NCBI GenBank assembly: GCA_002269645.1
Contig: NIVC01000493.1
Span: 310,001-374,000, forward strand
DNA from: Macrostomum lignano
Taxonomy: Eukaryota
Direction of reading: 5' to 3'
DNA length: 64,000 nucleotides
This document shows positions 21,701 to 34,444 of this stretch, piece by piece; position 1 is the first letter of the stretch; every line of letters begins with the position of its first letter. The notes beneath the pieces were generated by a model, which had not been told where the DNA came from, searched no databases, and saw only the letters and a program-made list of their open reading frames with translations. The position numbers were made by a program, and so were the translations under genes.

Positions 21701-24700
21701 CTATTCGAGACTTGATTGATTTCTAGACTCATTTTTTGTGCTGGGATTTTGTGCTTTTTTGTAGGATGTGTGTTTCTTTTGGTTTTCTGGGTGACGGCCA
21801 GTCAGCTTGGTTGCTTTATTTTTTTTTCTGTTGCTTTCACAGCCACAGTTCGTACATTATTTATTAAGCGGTGCTGCTCAGAGGACAAAATGCTTTATCC
21901 GCTCTGTTTTCTTACTTTTTCTAAACCTCATCCTGCTGATACAATTATCAGATGTGCCAAGTAGGGAGTGAGGGCCAGGGAGTGAGGGGCAGGGAGTGAG
22001 GGGCAGGGAGTGAGGGGCAGGGAGTGAGGGGCAGGGTGTGAGGGGCCTGGAGTGAGGCAGTGAGGGGACTGGGTTAAGTTGAGGCAGTGAGGGGCCTGGA
22101 GTGAGGCAGTGAGGGGACTGGAGTGAGGCAGTGAGGGGCCTGGAGTGAGGCAGTGAGGGGCCTGGAGTGAGGCAGTGAGGGGACTGGGTTAAGTTGAGGC
22201 AGTGAGGGGCCTGGAGTGAGGCAGTGAGGGGCCTGGAGTGAGGCAGTGAGGGGCCTGGAGTGAGGCAGTGAGGGGCCTGGAGTGAGGCAGTGAGGGGCCT
22301 GGAGTGAGGCAGTGAGGGGCCTGGAGTGAGGCAGTGAGGGGCCTGAAGTGAGGCAGTGAGGGGCCTGGAGTCCCTATATCAGAGCAGTGCAGCCCGTCAG
22401 CGGCTCACAATGGACACGAGGCCGCAGCAGCCGTAGCGATCCCATTTCTTGAGTTGCGGTCTCAGCCGCCTGTAGAAACAGTGCTCTAGCAGCAACAGCA
22501 GACAGCAGAACAGCATGCCGCCAATCAGGAGGATAAAAGCGCTGATGAAGTTCTTAACGCCCAGGGTCTGGTTGGTGTTCCTGAGCTTTCCGCTCTGCTG
22601 GCAGGCGCCCGTGATCCAGTACTTGCTCCAGCGCTCCAGCAGGCCTGCGGCAGTTGAGGTTTTCTAGTGGCTGTTCCATCTCAATCCAAATGCCAATCCC
22701 AATCCACATCCCCATCCCAATCCAAAGCCCCATCCCAATCCAAATCCCCATCTCAATCCCAATCCACATCCCAATCCCAATCCCAATCCAAATCCCCATC
22801 CCAATCCCAATCCACATCCCCATCCTAATCCAAAGCCACATCCCAATCCAAATCCCAATCCTAATCCCAATCCACATCCCCATCCAAATCTCCATCCCAA
22901 TCCCAATCCCCATCCCAATCCCAATCCCCATCCCAATACCAATCCCTATCTCAATGCCAAACCTAGATCCCAATTCCAATCCTAAATGTACATTCCAATC
23001 CCATCTAAATGAAGACATAGAATTCTAGCGGGCTAAAACGCAGGCAGCATACCGGAGCTCCTGTAGGACAGGATCCTGTGGTTAATGCGGTGCCGCCATT
23101 TGGATCCCTTGGGCAGGCCGATCCCGTAGCCGGTCATGGAGTACCAGTTGCCCACCGTCTTCAGCTTGCAGTCTTCGTCGTTGCCAACCCGGTACTGCAG
23201 CACCGTTGCGTCGTAAATGAAGGCGTCGATTTCGCTGGATTGAAAGGCAAACTGTTGTTGTAGTTTCCTCAAGCCCTTTCTCCCTGCCCTTTCTCCCCTG
23301 CCCTTTCTCCCCTGCCCCTTTTCCTCTCCCCTTTCTCCCTGCCCTTTTTCCTCTGCCCTTTCTCCTCTGCACTTTCTCCCTGCCCTTTCTCCCCTGCCGT
23401 TTCTCCTCTGCCCCTTTTCCTCTCCCCTTTCTCCTCCACCCTTTCTCTGCCCTTTCTCCTCTGCCCTTTCTCCCTTGTCTTTCTGCCCTGCCCCTTCTCC
23501 TCCTCTCCCTGTTCTCGGATCCCCTTGGCTGCCTTCTCCTATCGTTCGAGTCTCTGTCTATCCACGAGTATTTATTTCGATATATAGTTTTAATTTTGGC
23601 AATAAAATAAAATAATCTTACAAAGTTTTCAAAGTGCGAATGCCCTCGTCAATATTGCTTTTGCTATAGTTGCGCATGTGATTCGCAATGTCCGGATAAT
23701 TCATCCGCATGTTCTCCTCAGTGGCTCCGGACGGTACCGTGGCGAAACGGAACGGCGGTCGATGGCTGGTCGGATCCCGTAGACGCCAGTCGTTGATGCC
23801 GGACAGGTCGTAGTAAGACTCCTCGGCGATCATGAAGGCGGCAAGGTTGGCCGTGTACGAGGCCAGGAACACCAGGGCGAATAGGGCCCAGATGTTGCCT
23901 AGGAAACGGCTGGCAACGCCGCGCGGGTTGTCAGCGTTCACCGCGGCGCCAAATAGCATCGACCAGATCAGCCAGAGAGAACGGAATAGGCTGAACTTGT
24001 GCTCTGCGGGGGGGTGGTGTGAAGGTTGTAAAATAGGCTGAACATTTGCTCCGTGGGGTTGGGGTGGGGGTTGTAGAATAGGCTGAACTTGTGCTCTGTG
24101 TGGTTGGGTGCGGGATGTAGAATAGGCTGAACATTTGCTCCGTGGGGTTGGGGTGGGGGTTGTAGAATAGGCTGAACTTGTGCTCCGTGGGGTTGGGTGC
24201 GGGATGTAGAATAGGCTGAACATTTGCTCCGCGGGGTTGGGGTGGGGGTTGTAGAATAGGCTGAACTTGTGCTCCGCGGCGTTGGGGTGGGGGTTGTAGA
24301 ATAGGATTGTCAGCTGAACTTATGCTCTGCAGAGCGGCGGCTTTTTGGAATAGATTGAGCCTTCTTTTCCTCACCCCTGGGCGGCACGTTGCCTTTATCG
24401 AGGCCTTGCGGACTGAGCCACTCGAACAGGAACAGGGCAGCGCCGCAGGCGTGCACTGAGAACACGAGAATGAGACACCAGGACGGATAGTCGTACGGCT
24501 CTGCAAAAAAAGAATCCAAATGGAAGCGGCGCTAAAATTTCCTAATGCGCATAAAGTGGCAACGAGAGGGACTCACTGAGAAAGGCCTTAGTAGAAATGG
24601 CCCCCTCGCGAAGAGCTACCAGAATCGTGATGCCGGTTCTATGAAAGGGCACGCTGAACTCGATCTGTTCACTACGATTCGGCGTGATCTTCAGGGACGT

Positions 24701-27700
24701 GACAACCATGTCGGCCTGGCCCTCCAGCAGCACTCGGACCAGTCCGTTCCACTCGTTGTTCTGGTTTTGGGAGTTCCAAGGGGGTTCAGCAGCTTAAGTA
24801 TGATACTAAATAAAATCATTTTGTGTCATTTCTGAAATTTTAGTAAATCGTTAGTAAAATATATGAACTGCTTTTGTTGCAGTGTATTTTTTCGTACACT
24901 CGGCCTTCAAATATTTTCTAGGAAACATAAGCCACAGACCAGCTTACCGTCCAGCCGCCCCACTTCTTGTCGGGCACCTCGAACAGATCCACCTCGAAGT
25001 TCAGATCTTTCATCAGCTCTCGAAGCAGATCGATGGCCAGACCGGAGCAGCAGCTGGCAGTGTAGGGCAGGCTCTCCGACTGGTTTCCAGCTGACCAGTT
25101 GTAACTGGGAGAGAAATGTGCAATTTGATTATATACAAATATGGCGCTGCTAGTACCAATGAGGGATAGCGAGTCAGGAGGTCATTGTAGGTGTCAGAAG
25201 GTCATTGTAGGTGCCAGTAGGTCATTGTAGGTGTCTGGAGGCCATTTTGGGTGTCAGTGTCAGCAGAAAGTCATAGCCAGTGTCAGCGGGCAGTCATAGC
25301 CAGTGTCAGCGGGCAGTCATAGCAAGTGCCAGCATGCAGTCATAGCCAGTGTCAGCAGGCAGTCATAGCCAGTGTCATGATGCAGTCATAGCCAGTGTCA
25401 GCATGCAGTCATAGCCAGTGTCAGCAGGCAGTCATAGCCAGTGTCATGATGCAGTCATACGAGTAGCCAGTGTCAGCAGGCAGTCATAGCCAGTGTCATC
25501 ATGCAGTCATTGGTGTCATCATGCAGTCATAGCCAGTGTCATCATGCAGTCATAGCCAGTGTCATCATGCAGCATTGGTGTCATCATGCAGTCATAGCCA
25601 GTGCCAGTCCCTCACCGGTCGGGCAGGCTGGCATTCTCGGCCAGCACCCGGCACGGCAGGGACACCGGGTCGCAGGCCTCGCTGCCGGGCGGCTCCGGGG
25701 GCCTGTAGCGCACGAACGGGTCCTCTTTAAGCGTGGCCGCTCGCAGCCGAAATTTCTTCGGCCGGCCCAGAGGCGCCTGGCTGGCCAGGCCGGGCCAGGT
25801 GACGCCCTGCATGTCGAATGAGGTGCCGCCCAGAGACTCGTGCTGGCTGCTCATGGCCCAGCGGCCAACCGGGTGCCAATAGGTGGAGTCCTTCAGACTG
25901 TTGGGCCGCGAGTTCAGCAGCACGAATTCGGTTGTGTTGAGCAGGCCGCGACGGTCGAAACCGATGTACTCGCGTTTGTCCTCGTTGCCGCACTCGTAGC
26001 AGTGGGAGCTGTTGAGGGCCAGCCTGGGGACAGCTCGGTGGGTGCGGGATGTTGGGGATGAGGCTGAGTTGATGGTGATGAGGCTGAATTGATGGTGATG
26101 AGGCTGGGTTGATGGGGATGAGGCTGGGTTGATGGGGATGAGGCTGGGTTGATGGGGATGAGGCTGGGTTGATGGGGATGAGGCTGGGTTGATGGGGATG
26201 AGGGTGAATTGATGGGGATGAGGCTGAGTTGATGGTGATGAGGCTGAGTTGATGGTGATGAGGCTGAGTTGATGGGGATGAGGCTGAGTTGATGGGGATG
26301 AGGATGAATTGATGGGAATGAGGCTGAATTGATGGGGATGAGGCTGGGTTGATGGGGATGAGGGTGAATTGATGGGGATGAAGCTGGGTTGATGGGGATG
26401 AGACTGAGTTTATGTAGTTTATTTTAGTTTACCGTAGTTTATAATACCGAGCTCATGGGGAATGGGAATTGAATTGCTCAGATGGAGATTGGGCTTGATA
26501 CAGAGCGATTATGAGACACTCAGCAAACTCATCAAACCTGAAAATCTCCTTGCCATCGGGCCAGAACAGGCCTGTGGTATTTGAGCACTTGAATGTCGGC
26601 CGCATCCGCCTCAGGATGTCGAGGTTGGTGAGGCTGCCACCGGCTGCCACAGATTGCTGCAATAATCGCTGTTTGAATTGTCGCAGAGCCTGGAACCACA
26701 GTTGCGATGCCACTGTGACCGCTTTGACAAGATTGCTGTCGTAGTAAAGGGCTGAAATGGTTTTTAGTGGAGTGTAGAATTGCCTGTCTCCCAGCCATAG
26801 ACAGTTCCACCTGCCTAATTAGAACTCTGCCATAGACAGTTCCACCTGCCTAATTAGAACTCTGCCATAGACAGTTCCACCTGCCTAATTAGAACTCTGC
26901 CATAGACAGTTCCACCTGCCTAATTAGAACTCTCCCATAGACAGTTCCACCTGCCTAATTAGAACTCTGCCATAGACAGTTCCACCTGCCTAATTAGAAC
27001 TCTGCCATAGACAGTTCCACCTGCCTAATTAGAACTCTCCCATAGACAGTTCCACCTGCCTAATTAGAACTCTGCCATAGACAGTTCCACCTGCCTAATT
27101 AGAACTCTGCCATAGACAGTTCCACCTGCCTAATTAGAACTCTGCCATAGACAGTTCCACCTGCCTAATTAGAACTCTGCCATAGACAGTTCCACCTGCC
27201 TAATTAGAGCTCTGCCATAGACAGTTCCACCTGCCTAATATCTTTAGACATCTATCAATTGAAGACAGCTCTACCTCTATCTCGAAACCTCTATCCATCA
27301 GAGCCAAATTGGATCACTAACCAAATAATCCAGCAATTCGAATTGTGCCTAAGTTGGAATCGAATCCAGATTTTAAGTCGCTTGTCGGACTCGTCACTGC
27401 CGATGGGGACACAATCCACAGGTAGTCCTTGTCGAATAGAATGCCAAATCTGCTATTCTTGATGTGCACCCGATGTACCAGCAGTCTGAGGTCTGCGCTG
27501 CGGGTGGCGAAGTTGAGGTGGGATGGTGGATCTTAATTTTGCTACCTGCGTGAACCTGATTGTGCCACCTGGATATGCTACCTAATTACTAATAAAATTT
27601 ATAATAATAATTGCAGGGAGGGTTGCGTGCCCCCTTCGGCGACATAGTCTAACTAACAACCAGCGCTGACGGCAATTGTGCCCATCCCGCTGACTCCTGA

Positions 27701-28571
27701 GCACAAATGAGCACATACATACTTAATATAGGATGCGACACGCATGGTTCTTGTAATTTTTTGGAGGCTGGCATGGAAAATAATTTAGTGTAGATCTTTT
27801 GTTTATTTATGAAATTTTTCCAGTTTTTTTTATATAAATATATTTCCGACTCGCTTAGTATATCGTTTAGAGATGTCTGGAGACTACATTTTGCAGCACC
27901 CCTGACAATATTCGTGTACAACAAGTATGGGACTGGTTGCTCACAAGTTTCCGTGCAGGAAGAAGATTCTGTCATCGCCAGAGACCAACCGCCTCAGCAC
28001 GCTGTCGTAAGCTCGAATGCAGCCGGTTTGATTGCAGCGCCGCATGTCGGACACCTGGGCAACCCCGTCGAATGTGAGCACCTGGGTGACCTCGAATCTG
28101 GAATCAGAGGGGGAGGGAAGGGCTCAGAAAATACCCATTCTTTCCAACGTACCCCTCCCGACCCGCTGATTGGCTAACTGAGCCAGTTGAAAAAACAAGC
28201 CGATAGCCAATAGGAAAACCTGCTTGCCTGACTCTCCAGTTACCCCACAAGCTTCACTCCCGGTCTACCCCTCTGGGCTTGCTGATTGGCTAGCTGAGGC
28301 TGGCCAAAAATGAGTTTATTAGCCAATTGGAATGCAGCTTGCCTGAATACGTTGGGATCGTTCATTTCATGACTGTCATCCGCCAGATTTTTTAGGCTCT
28401 CAATAACAGCCTGCCAGCCAGGCGTCTGCTTCGAAGCGATGATGCACAGCCTGCGCCACTTGTATATAGCTAAGAAGTCTGCCACAGCTCTGGCCACGTG
28501 GTGCGCGCCCGGCTCCAATCTGATGCACATGGGCTGCTGTTCCATCTGATGGATTGGTCGGATGAAGCCAA

Positions 28572-28618
<47 letters not shown>

Positions 28619-28629
28619 GTGTGTGTGTG

Positions 28630-28694
<65 letters not shown>

Positions 28695-29523
28695 GCCTGT
28701 CCCAAGTGTCGCATCCGGGGCACATGAATTCAGTGCATACAAAGCAAAATTCTGTCATGCTTTTTTCTGCATCATCAAAAAAGTTAGAATTAAAAATTGC
28801 AAATGAAGCGAGGATAAAATTTGCAGTTTCTTAGACAACACAAAATAGCTCGTGCAAGGAGCCGGTACAGTCGCCTCCATCGTTCAATGAAAACTTTCAG
28901 TTGTGCTTCTCATGCAGCGATCATGCAAATAAATATATGCATTCGTCTCTCACCCTCGACTTGATAGGCAATTGCTGGAATTGAAAGAGTCAAAATACCC
29001 TGCATCTCTTTTCTTTTGCTCATTATCTGACGAGGCACCCCCTCATCTGCTCACTCACATCGAGCTGGGCCACCGCATTGCCCAGGTAAGTGAAGCACGG
29101 AATTCCAAGCGAAGTGAGCAGGTGCATCAGGTATTCGGTAGATCTGGTTGCTATGCGGGTGTGAACGGATCGCCGAGACACAGAGGCGATGAGCAGCGCG
29201 TTCGCGTAGCTCGGCTCGTCCAGCTCCAGCATCCGGCAGACAGTCCTGATGAGTTTTCTGGGAGTCTGGGCGCTGCTATCAAGATTCTTGAGGTCGTGCA
29301 GTACAAACTCGAAGAGGGTCTCGTTAAGTGATTTCTGCAGCGCGGCCAGACTGGTCTGCAGCTGGTTGTAGCGCGGCCCAGCCTCCTTCATGGACTCGAT
29401 GGAGTCCAGCAGCACCGGCTCCATGCACAGCTTGTGCAAGAACTGCAACTGCTGCGACTCGACGGGCCCCAGCACCAGCCACAGCTGCAGAAGCGAGGAG
29501 AACTGCAGCACCAGCGACCGCAT
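18758..29523 (-). CDS. Nmdar2: NMDA-type glutamate receptor GluN2-like subunit, 14 coding exons, 1237 aa
   Basis: Exons (-): 29059-29523, 28343-28545, 27945-28097, 27322-27497, 26538-26751, 25616-26023, 24948-25104, 24577-24760, 24375-24500, 23622-24003, 23053-23234, 22409-22644, 20307-20584, 18758-19307. They total 3714 nt with all phases compatible. Signal peptide, ATD, S1 ([16 protein letters not shown]), [10 protein letters not shown]2 (AFIYDATVL), M4, the invertebrate NR2 tail motif [18 protein letters not shown] and a C-terminal ESVL PDZ ligand are present. Confidence 0.93.
19590..20058. repeat. 29/30-bp minisatellite (GCCTTGCCATCTCAGCAATTCCCCCCGTAA), about 15 copies, NMDA intron
   Basis: Read directly. 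Confidence 0.95.
20661..21222. repeat. 14-bp G-rich minisatellite (GGGAGTGAGGGGCA), about 40 copies, NMDA intron
   Basis: Read directly. Confidence 0.97.
21963..22370. repeat. The same 14-bp unit resuming, then switching near 22040 to a 22-bp unit (GGGGCCTGGAGTGAGGCAGTGA)
   Basis: Read directly. Confidence 0.9.
22674..22985. repeat. Degenerate (AATCCC)n hexamer array, NMDA intron
   Basis: Read directly; source of the IP-rich and GI-rich ORFs. Confidence 0.9.
23270..23515. repeat. CT-rich degenerate ~16-bp array (CCCTGCCCTTTCTC)
   Basis: Read directly. Confidence 0.8.
24004..24330. repeat. 44-45-bp tandem array, about 7 units, containing a copy of the start of NMDA exon 10
   Basis: Each unit contains GAATAGGCTGAAC(TTG/ATT)TGCTC, matching 23984-24004. 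Confidence 0.9.
25190..25605. repeat. Degenerate ~23-bp array (GCAGTCATAGCCAGTGTCAGCAG)
   Basis: Read directly. Confidence 0.85.
26053..26405. repeat. 20-bp array (GATGAGGCTGGGTTGATGGG), about 17 copies
   Basis: Read directly. Confidence 0.92.
26795..27240. repeat. 35-bp array (GCCATAGACAGTTCCACCTGCCTAATTAGAACTCT), about 12.5 copies
   Basis: Read directly. Confidence 0.95.
28572..28697. repeat. (TCTG)n/(TG)n compound microsatellite
   Basis: Read directly. Confidence 0.95.
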
Positions 29524-29635
29524 GGCAACTGTGGGGTGGCGGCGGAGTTCGTGTGGGAACTGTGCCGTCAGTTCTGCTGACATTCACACTTTTCAGTGAT
29601 GCTCACAGGCTCCTACGTGTGGCGGCCCTGCCTCC

Positions 29636-29958
29636 CCCTGTGACATCCTCGTCTTTCCCGTGATATCCATGCCTTCCCTGTGACATCCATGCATCCTCCC
29701 TGTGACATCCTAGCCTTTCCTGTGACATCCTAGCCTTTCCTGTGACATCCATGCATCCTCCCTGTGACATCCTAGCCTTTCCTGTGACATCCATGCATCC
29801 TCCCTGTGACATCCTAGCCTTTCCTGTGACATCCTAGCCTTTCCTGTGACATCCATGCATCCTCCCTGTGACATCCTAGCCTTTCCTGTGACACCCGCGC
29901 CTTTCCTGTGACATCCTAGCCTTCCCTGTGAGATCCACATGCCTTCCTCCCCGTGACA
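29636..29958. repeat. Mixed ~20-bp array built on CCTGTGACATCC
   Basis: Read directly. Confidence 0.85.
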
Positions 29959-30759
29959 TCCACTACCTTAAAACCTAAGCATTCCTTAGCTTCAAAGCTC
30001 GTACACCCCCTCCCTAAGGACTCACATAACTTCTCAGGCGAAACACATTCCTAAGGACATTCCAAGGTTTACCAGAAGCAGATTCCGCAGCAATATCAAA
30101 CAGACATTACATGCAGAGTGGCCTACTTTATACAGCTAAAAATAGTGACAGTGAATTTCGGTTTAATATCTACAGGTGCACCGATGTACGTTGATTTTAA
30201 TTAGAAAGCTGAAACCAAAGCGACCCTACTTCCAAAACATCCGCACAGGTTTTCGCAGCAGCAGCAGCAGCAGCAGCAGCTGGCTTATCTTCTGCAAGAA
30301 AATCATTCTTCCTCTCTCGCCATCCCAACCAGCCTGCAAGCTTGCATGGCCGCAAGAGCGGACCCTCCATGAACAGGGCGGACCAACAGGTGGTAAGAGC
30401 TGCCTGGGGCCTCCTTTGCCATCTCCTGCGCATTAGCCGCAGTTTATTGGATTCGCGCTGCTTGCTGCTGCTGCCTTATCTTGAGTGTACAGGAAAACCT
30501 TGTCAATTTTTACACGCCAATCTCTCCCGATTGCAGGCAGGAGCTGCTCTCTTAACCAGTGCAGCCTCCGGCACCGTAAAAGGTTCTGCTTTTGCACCCC
30601 TTAATCCTTTGCCATCTGTCAAATAATAAATCTACGGGAGGCGAAAACTGAAATCTAACTTTTGCCCATTTGTCAAGTGTCAGACTGAGTGGCTGGGAGA
30701 CGGGAGGGCTGCGACCCCGAATAACTGGTGCGGCAGTCAATCTTGTTCTTTGAAACCCA

Positions 30760-31471
<712 letters not shown>

Positions 31472-32011
31472 ATAGACAGAGCTTATTTTTGCAACAACTT
31501 ATTGCCGGACAATGCAACAGTTGGGCCAGTTAAAAATGATGACACAGAAATTCTTCCGAATTCCCAACGAGGAACTTCTGGTTGCATCTCAATTCAATTT
31601 GAGGTCATTATCGGGGAAAATGACCCTTGAGGAGCCTGTGAAACATGATTTAGACTAATCTCATTACAGAGATTCCATGCCCAATCTGTTAAAAACCCTC
31701 GATGGAAATAGATAGATAAAGTTGACATCAAAGCTGTTGGAGACATCCTTTAGCATGTCTAATCCCTAAGGGCATTGGCTGCTGAGGATCTGGGAAGGAA
31801 TCGTCCCATGGCGATTTTCTTTTAAAATGAGCGAGCGGAGCCAGAAGCGCTTTGACCTGACAGATCGCTGGGGGCTCGAGGGCCCTCAGCCCATGCGCAT
31901 TTGTAAAAGTGCATGTAGCTTTAGAAAATAATTCGAAAATGGAAAAATATCCGAAGTTTATTTGGCTTCCAGCTTTCTGAGGAAATTTATTGCACAAAAT
32001 TTTTTCGACTT

Positions 32012-32402
32012 CCAATTGTCACTCTATTCAGTAGTTCCAGTTGTCACTCTATTCAGTAGTTCCAATTGTCACTCTATTCAGTAGTTCCAATTGTCACTCT
32101 ATTCAGTAGTTCCAATTGTCACTCTATTCAGTAGTTCCAATTGTCACTCTATTCAGTAGTCCCAATTGTCAGTCTACTCAGTAGTCCCAATTGTCACTCT
32201 ACTCAGTAGTCCTAATTGTCACTCTATTCAGTAGTCCCAATTGTCACTCTATTCAGTAGTCCCAATTGTCACTCTATTCAGTAGTCCCAATTGTCACTCT
32301 ATTCAGTAGTCCCAATTGTCACTCTACTCAGTATCTATCTGAGATTGTCACTCTTACTCAGTAATCCCAATTGTCACTCTACTCAGTATCCCAATTGTCA
32401 GC
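32012..32402. repeat. 25-bp array (CCAATTGTCACTCTATTCAGTAGTT), about 15 copies
   Basis: Read directly. Confidence 0.92.
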
Positions 32403-32865
32403 CAGGTCAGCAGCCAATTAGGCTCACTTCCCCTTACTCATGCATCAGAAAGCAGTCCCTGAGAATCCAGCAGCTGTGCACAACCGCAAACACATAATTA
32501 GTTCGAGTCACGCTCCTTCAGCCCGGTGGAACCAGCCACCACCAGCGGCACCCAGCGGGAGTGGTTGGGTCCCATATCGGCCCCGGTAAGCCTTCCACGC
32601 GCTCCCATCATCATAATTCCCAGCGTCACATAGCAAAAGTTTTCGAATCGATTCATTTACTGAGCCGCACTCGTTCGAGTTGCACGAATAAGCGAGGGAT
32701 AAGATAGTTAGGGTTCGGGAATTTCAAAATACTCCCCCTCCGCAGGCCCGCTGTGGCTTTGGGGACGAATTTCGGAGAAATCTGAGAAGCGGAGAGATGG
32801 AGAGAGGAGGCTGGTTCTCCTACCCCATGGAGATCTACAACTGGACCTGGAATGGCAACTCTTTC

Positions 32866-33447
32866 CCAACAGCCCCAATTCTCAGACAGCTCTAGGCTGA
32901 CAACTCCCAACAGCCCCAATTCTCAGACAACTTTAGGCTGACAACTCCCAACAGCCCCAATTCTCAGACAACTTTAGGCTGACAACTCCCAACAGCCCCA
33001 ATTCTCAGACAACTTTAGGCTGACAACTCCTAACAGCCCCAATTCTCAGACAACTTTAGGCTGACAACTTCCATCAACCTCAATTCTCAGACAACTTGAG
33101 GCTGACAACTTCCATCAGCCTCAATTCTCAGACAACTTGAGGCTGACAACTTCCATCAGCCTCAATTCTCAGACAACTTGAGGCTGACAACTCCCAACAG
33201 CCCCAATTCTCAGACAACTTTAGGCTGACAACTCCTAACAGCCCCAATTCTCAGACAACTTTAGGCTGACAACTCCTAACAGCCCCAATTCTCAGACAAC
33301 TTTAGGCTGACAACTTCCATCAACCTCAATTCTCAGACAACTTGAGGCTGACAACTTCCATCAGCCTCAATTCTCAGACAACTTGAGGCTGACAACTTCC
33401 ATCAGCCTCAATTCTCAGACCACTTGAGGCTGACAACTCCCAACAAC
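32866..33447. repeat. 41-bp array (AGGCTGACAACTCCCAACAGCCCCAATTCTCAGACAACTTT), about 14 copies
   Basis: Read directly; two unit variants alternate in blocks. Confidence 0.93.
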
Positions 33448-34444
33448 CTTAGAAAAGTTATTAATTTTGTTTGAAAATGGGGCTTTTGAGGAAGAGTGGC
33501 CACTCCAGATCCAGCTCTAGATCTCCACGCTCCACTCTCCCAGGGGAGGGGGACTCGAACTCGCGGCTGGCAAATAAACTTTCCGAGGGGAATTACAGCA
33601 GATCAGAGGGATAATAATAAGCCGAATTGGGATTCGCTGGTCGCTCCAACCCCATCCGCAGCTGATCAACCTCTTTTTTTTTAACACTCAGCAGCACATT
33701 TCGCCACCTATATAGTACTTTCTAGATCTTCTATTTTTATTTTAACCTCCGCTAAGAATCTCTGATTTTGCCAGAGAATGAACTGCAGCAACATGTGAAA
33801 CTCTGTTCGAATCTGCCTGCACTGGCCTCTGCATGGCTCCATGCCCGAGTATCCCGCCTGCCAGTGGCGGATAATGAAGGCGCACAGTGGGAGCCAAATA
33901 TAATTACACATTGGGAGTCGCCGCTGGGCGGCCGAGTCTCGAACTCGAGAATAGAAATCCCCCCCACCCCTATATTCTCAATCGGCACGCTGGACTGCCG
34001 GGGAGGGAGCGGATGGAGGGAGACGCCCGGCCAGCATCAAGAAAATCGATTTTTAGCCGAACTCTCCTTGTCGTCTCATCTCCCGCTCCCACCCCCCACC
34101 ACCCCGATCCCCGATCCCAGACCTCCTCGGGTTCCCCATCTCGCTCAGCCTTGACTTCTTTCGTCGAAGTCGCTGAATTTCAATTTTTTTTCAGGCAGCA
34201 ATCTTCTCTTCAGATGCCGCCTCGCAGAGGGTCGCCGAGGGTCAGCGAGAGCTCGGACTAGTACTCAATCCCTTTTTTAGTCACCAATTCAATTACTTGG
34301 CTTTGACTTTTCAACACTAAAATTTCTTCGCTGGCTCATTTTGTTCGTTTGACATCTTAATTCTTTGATTCGGGCTCTACTCGAAGAATTTCCGCTTCGA
34401 TGGCATGCCTTGATTTTTATCTTTGGTTCCGGATTGCATGTTTT

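Noticed and set aside
22674-22985. Interstitial telomeric sequence
   Set aside because: The unit is AATCCC/GGGATT, not CCCTAA/TTAGGG.
26752-26815. Possible NMDA exon acceptor formed by the last 35-bp repeat unit
   Set aside because: In the phase required by the upstream exon it hits a stop; the acceptor at 26752-26754 gives a homologous in-frame join.
26795-27240. CRISPR-like regular 35-bp repeats (also the 41-bp and 42-bp arrays)
   Set aside because: Units are head-to-tail with no unique spacers, there are no cas genes, and the context is a eukaryotic intron.
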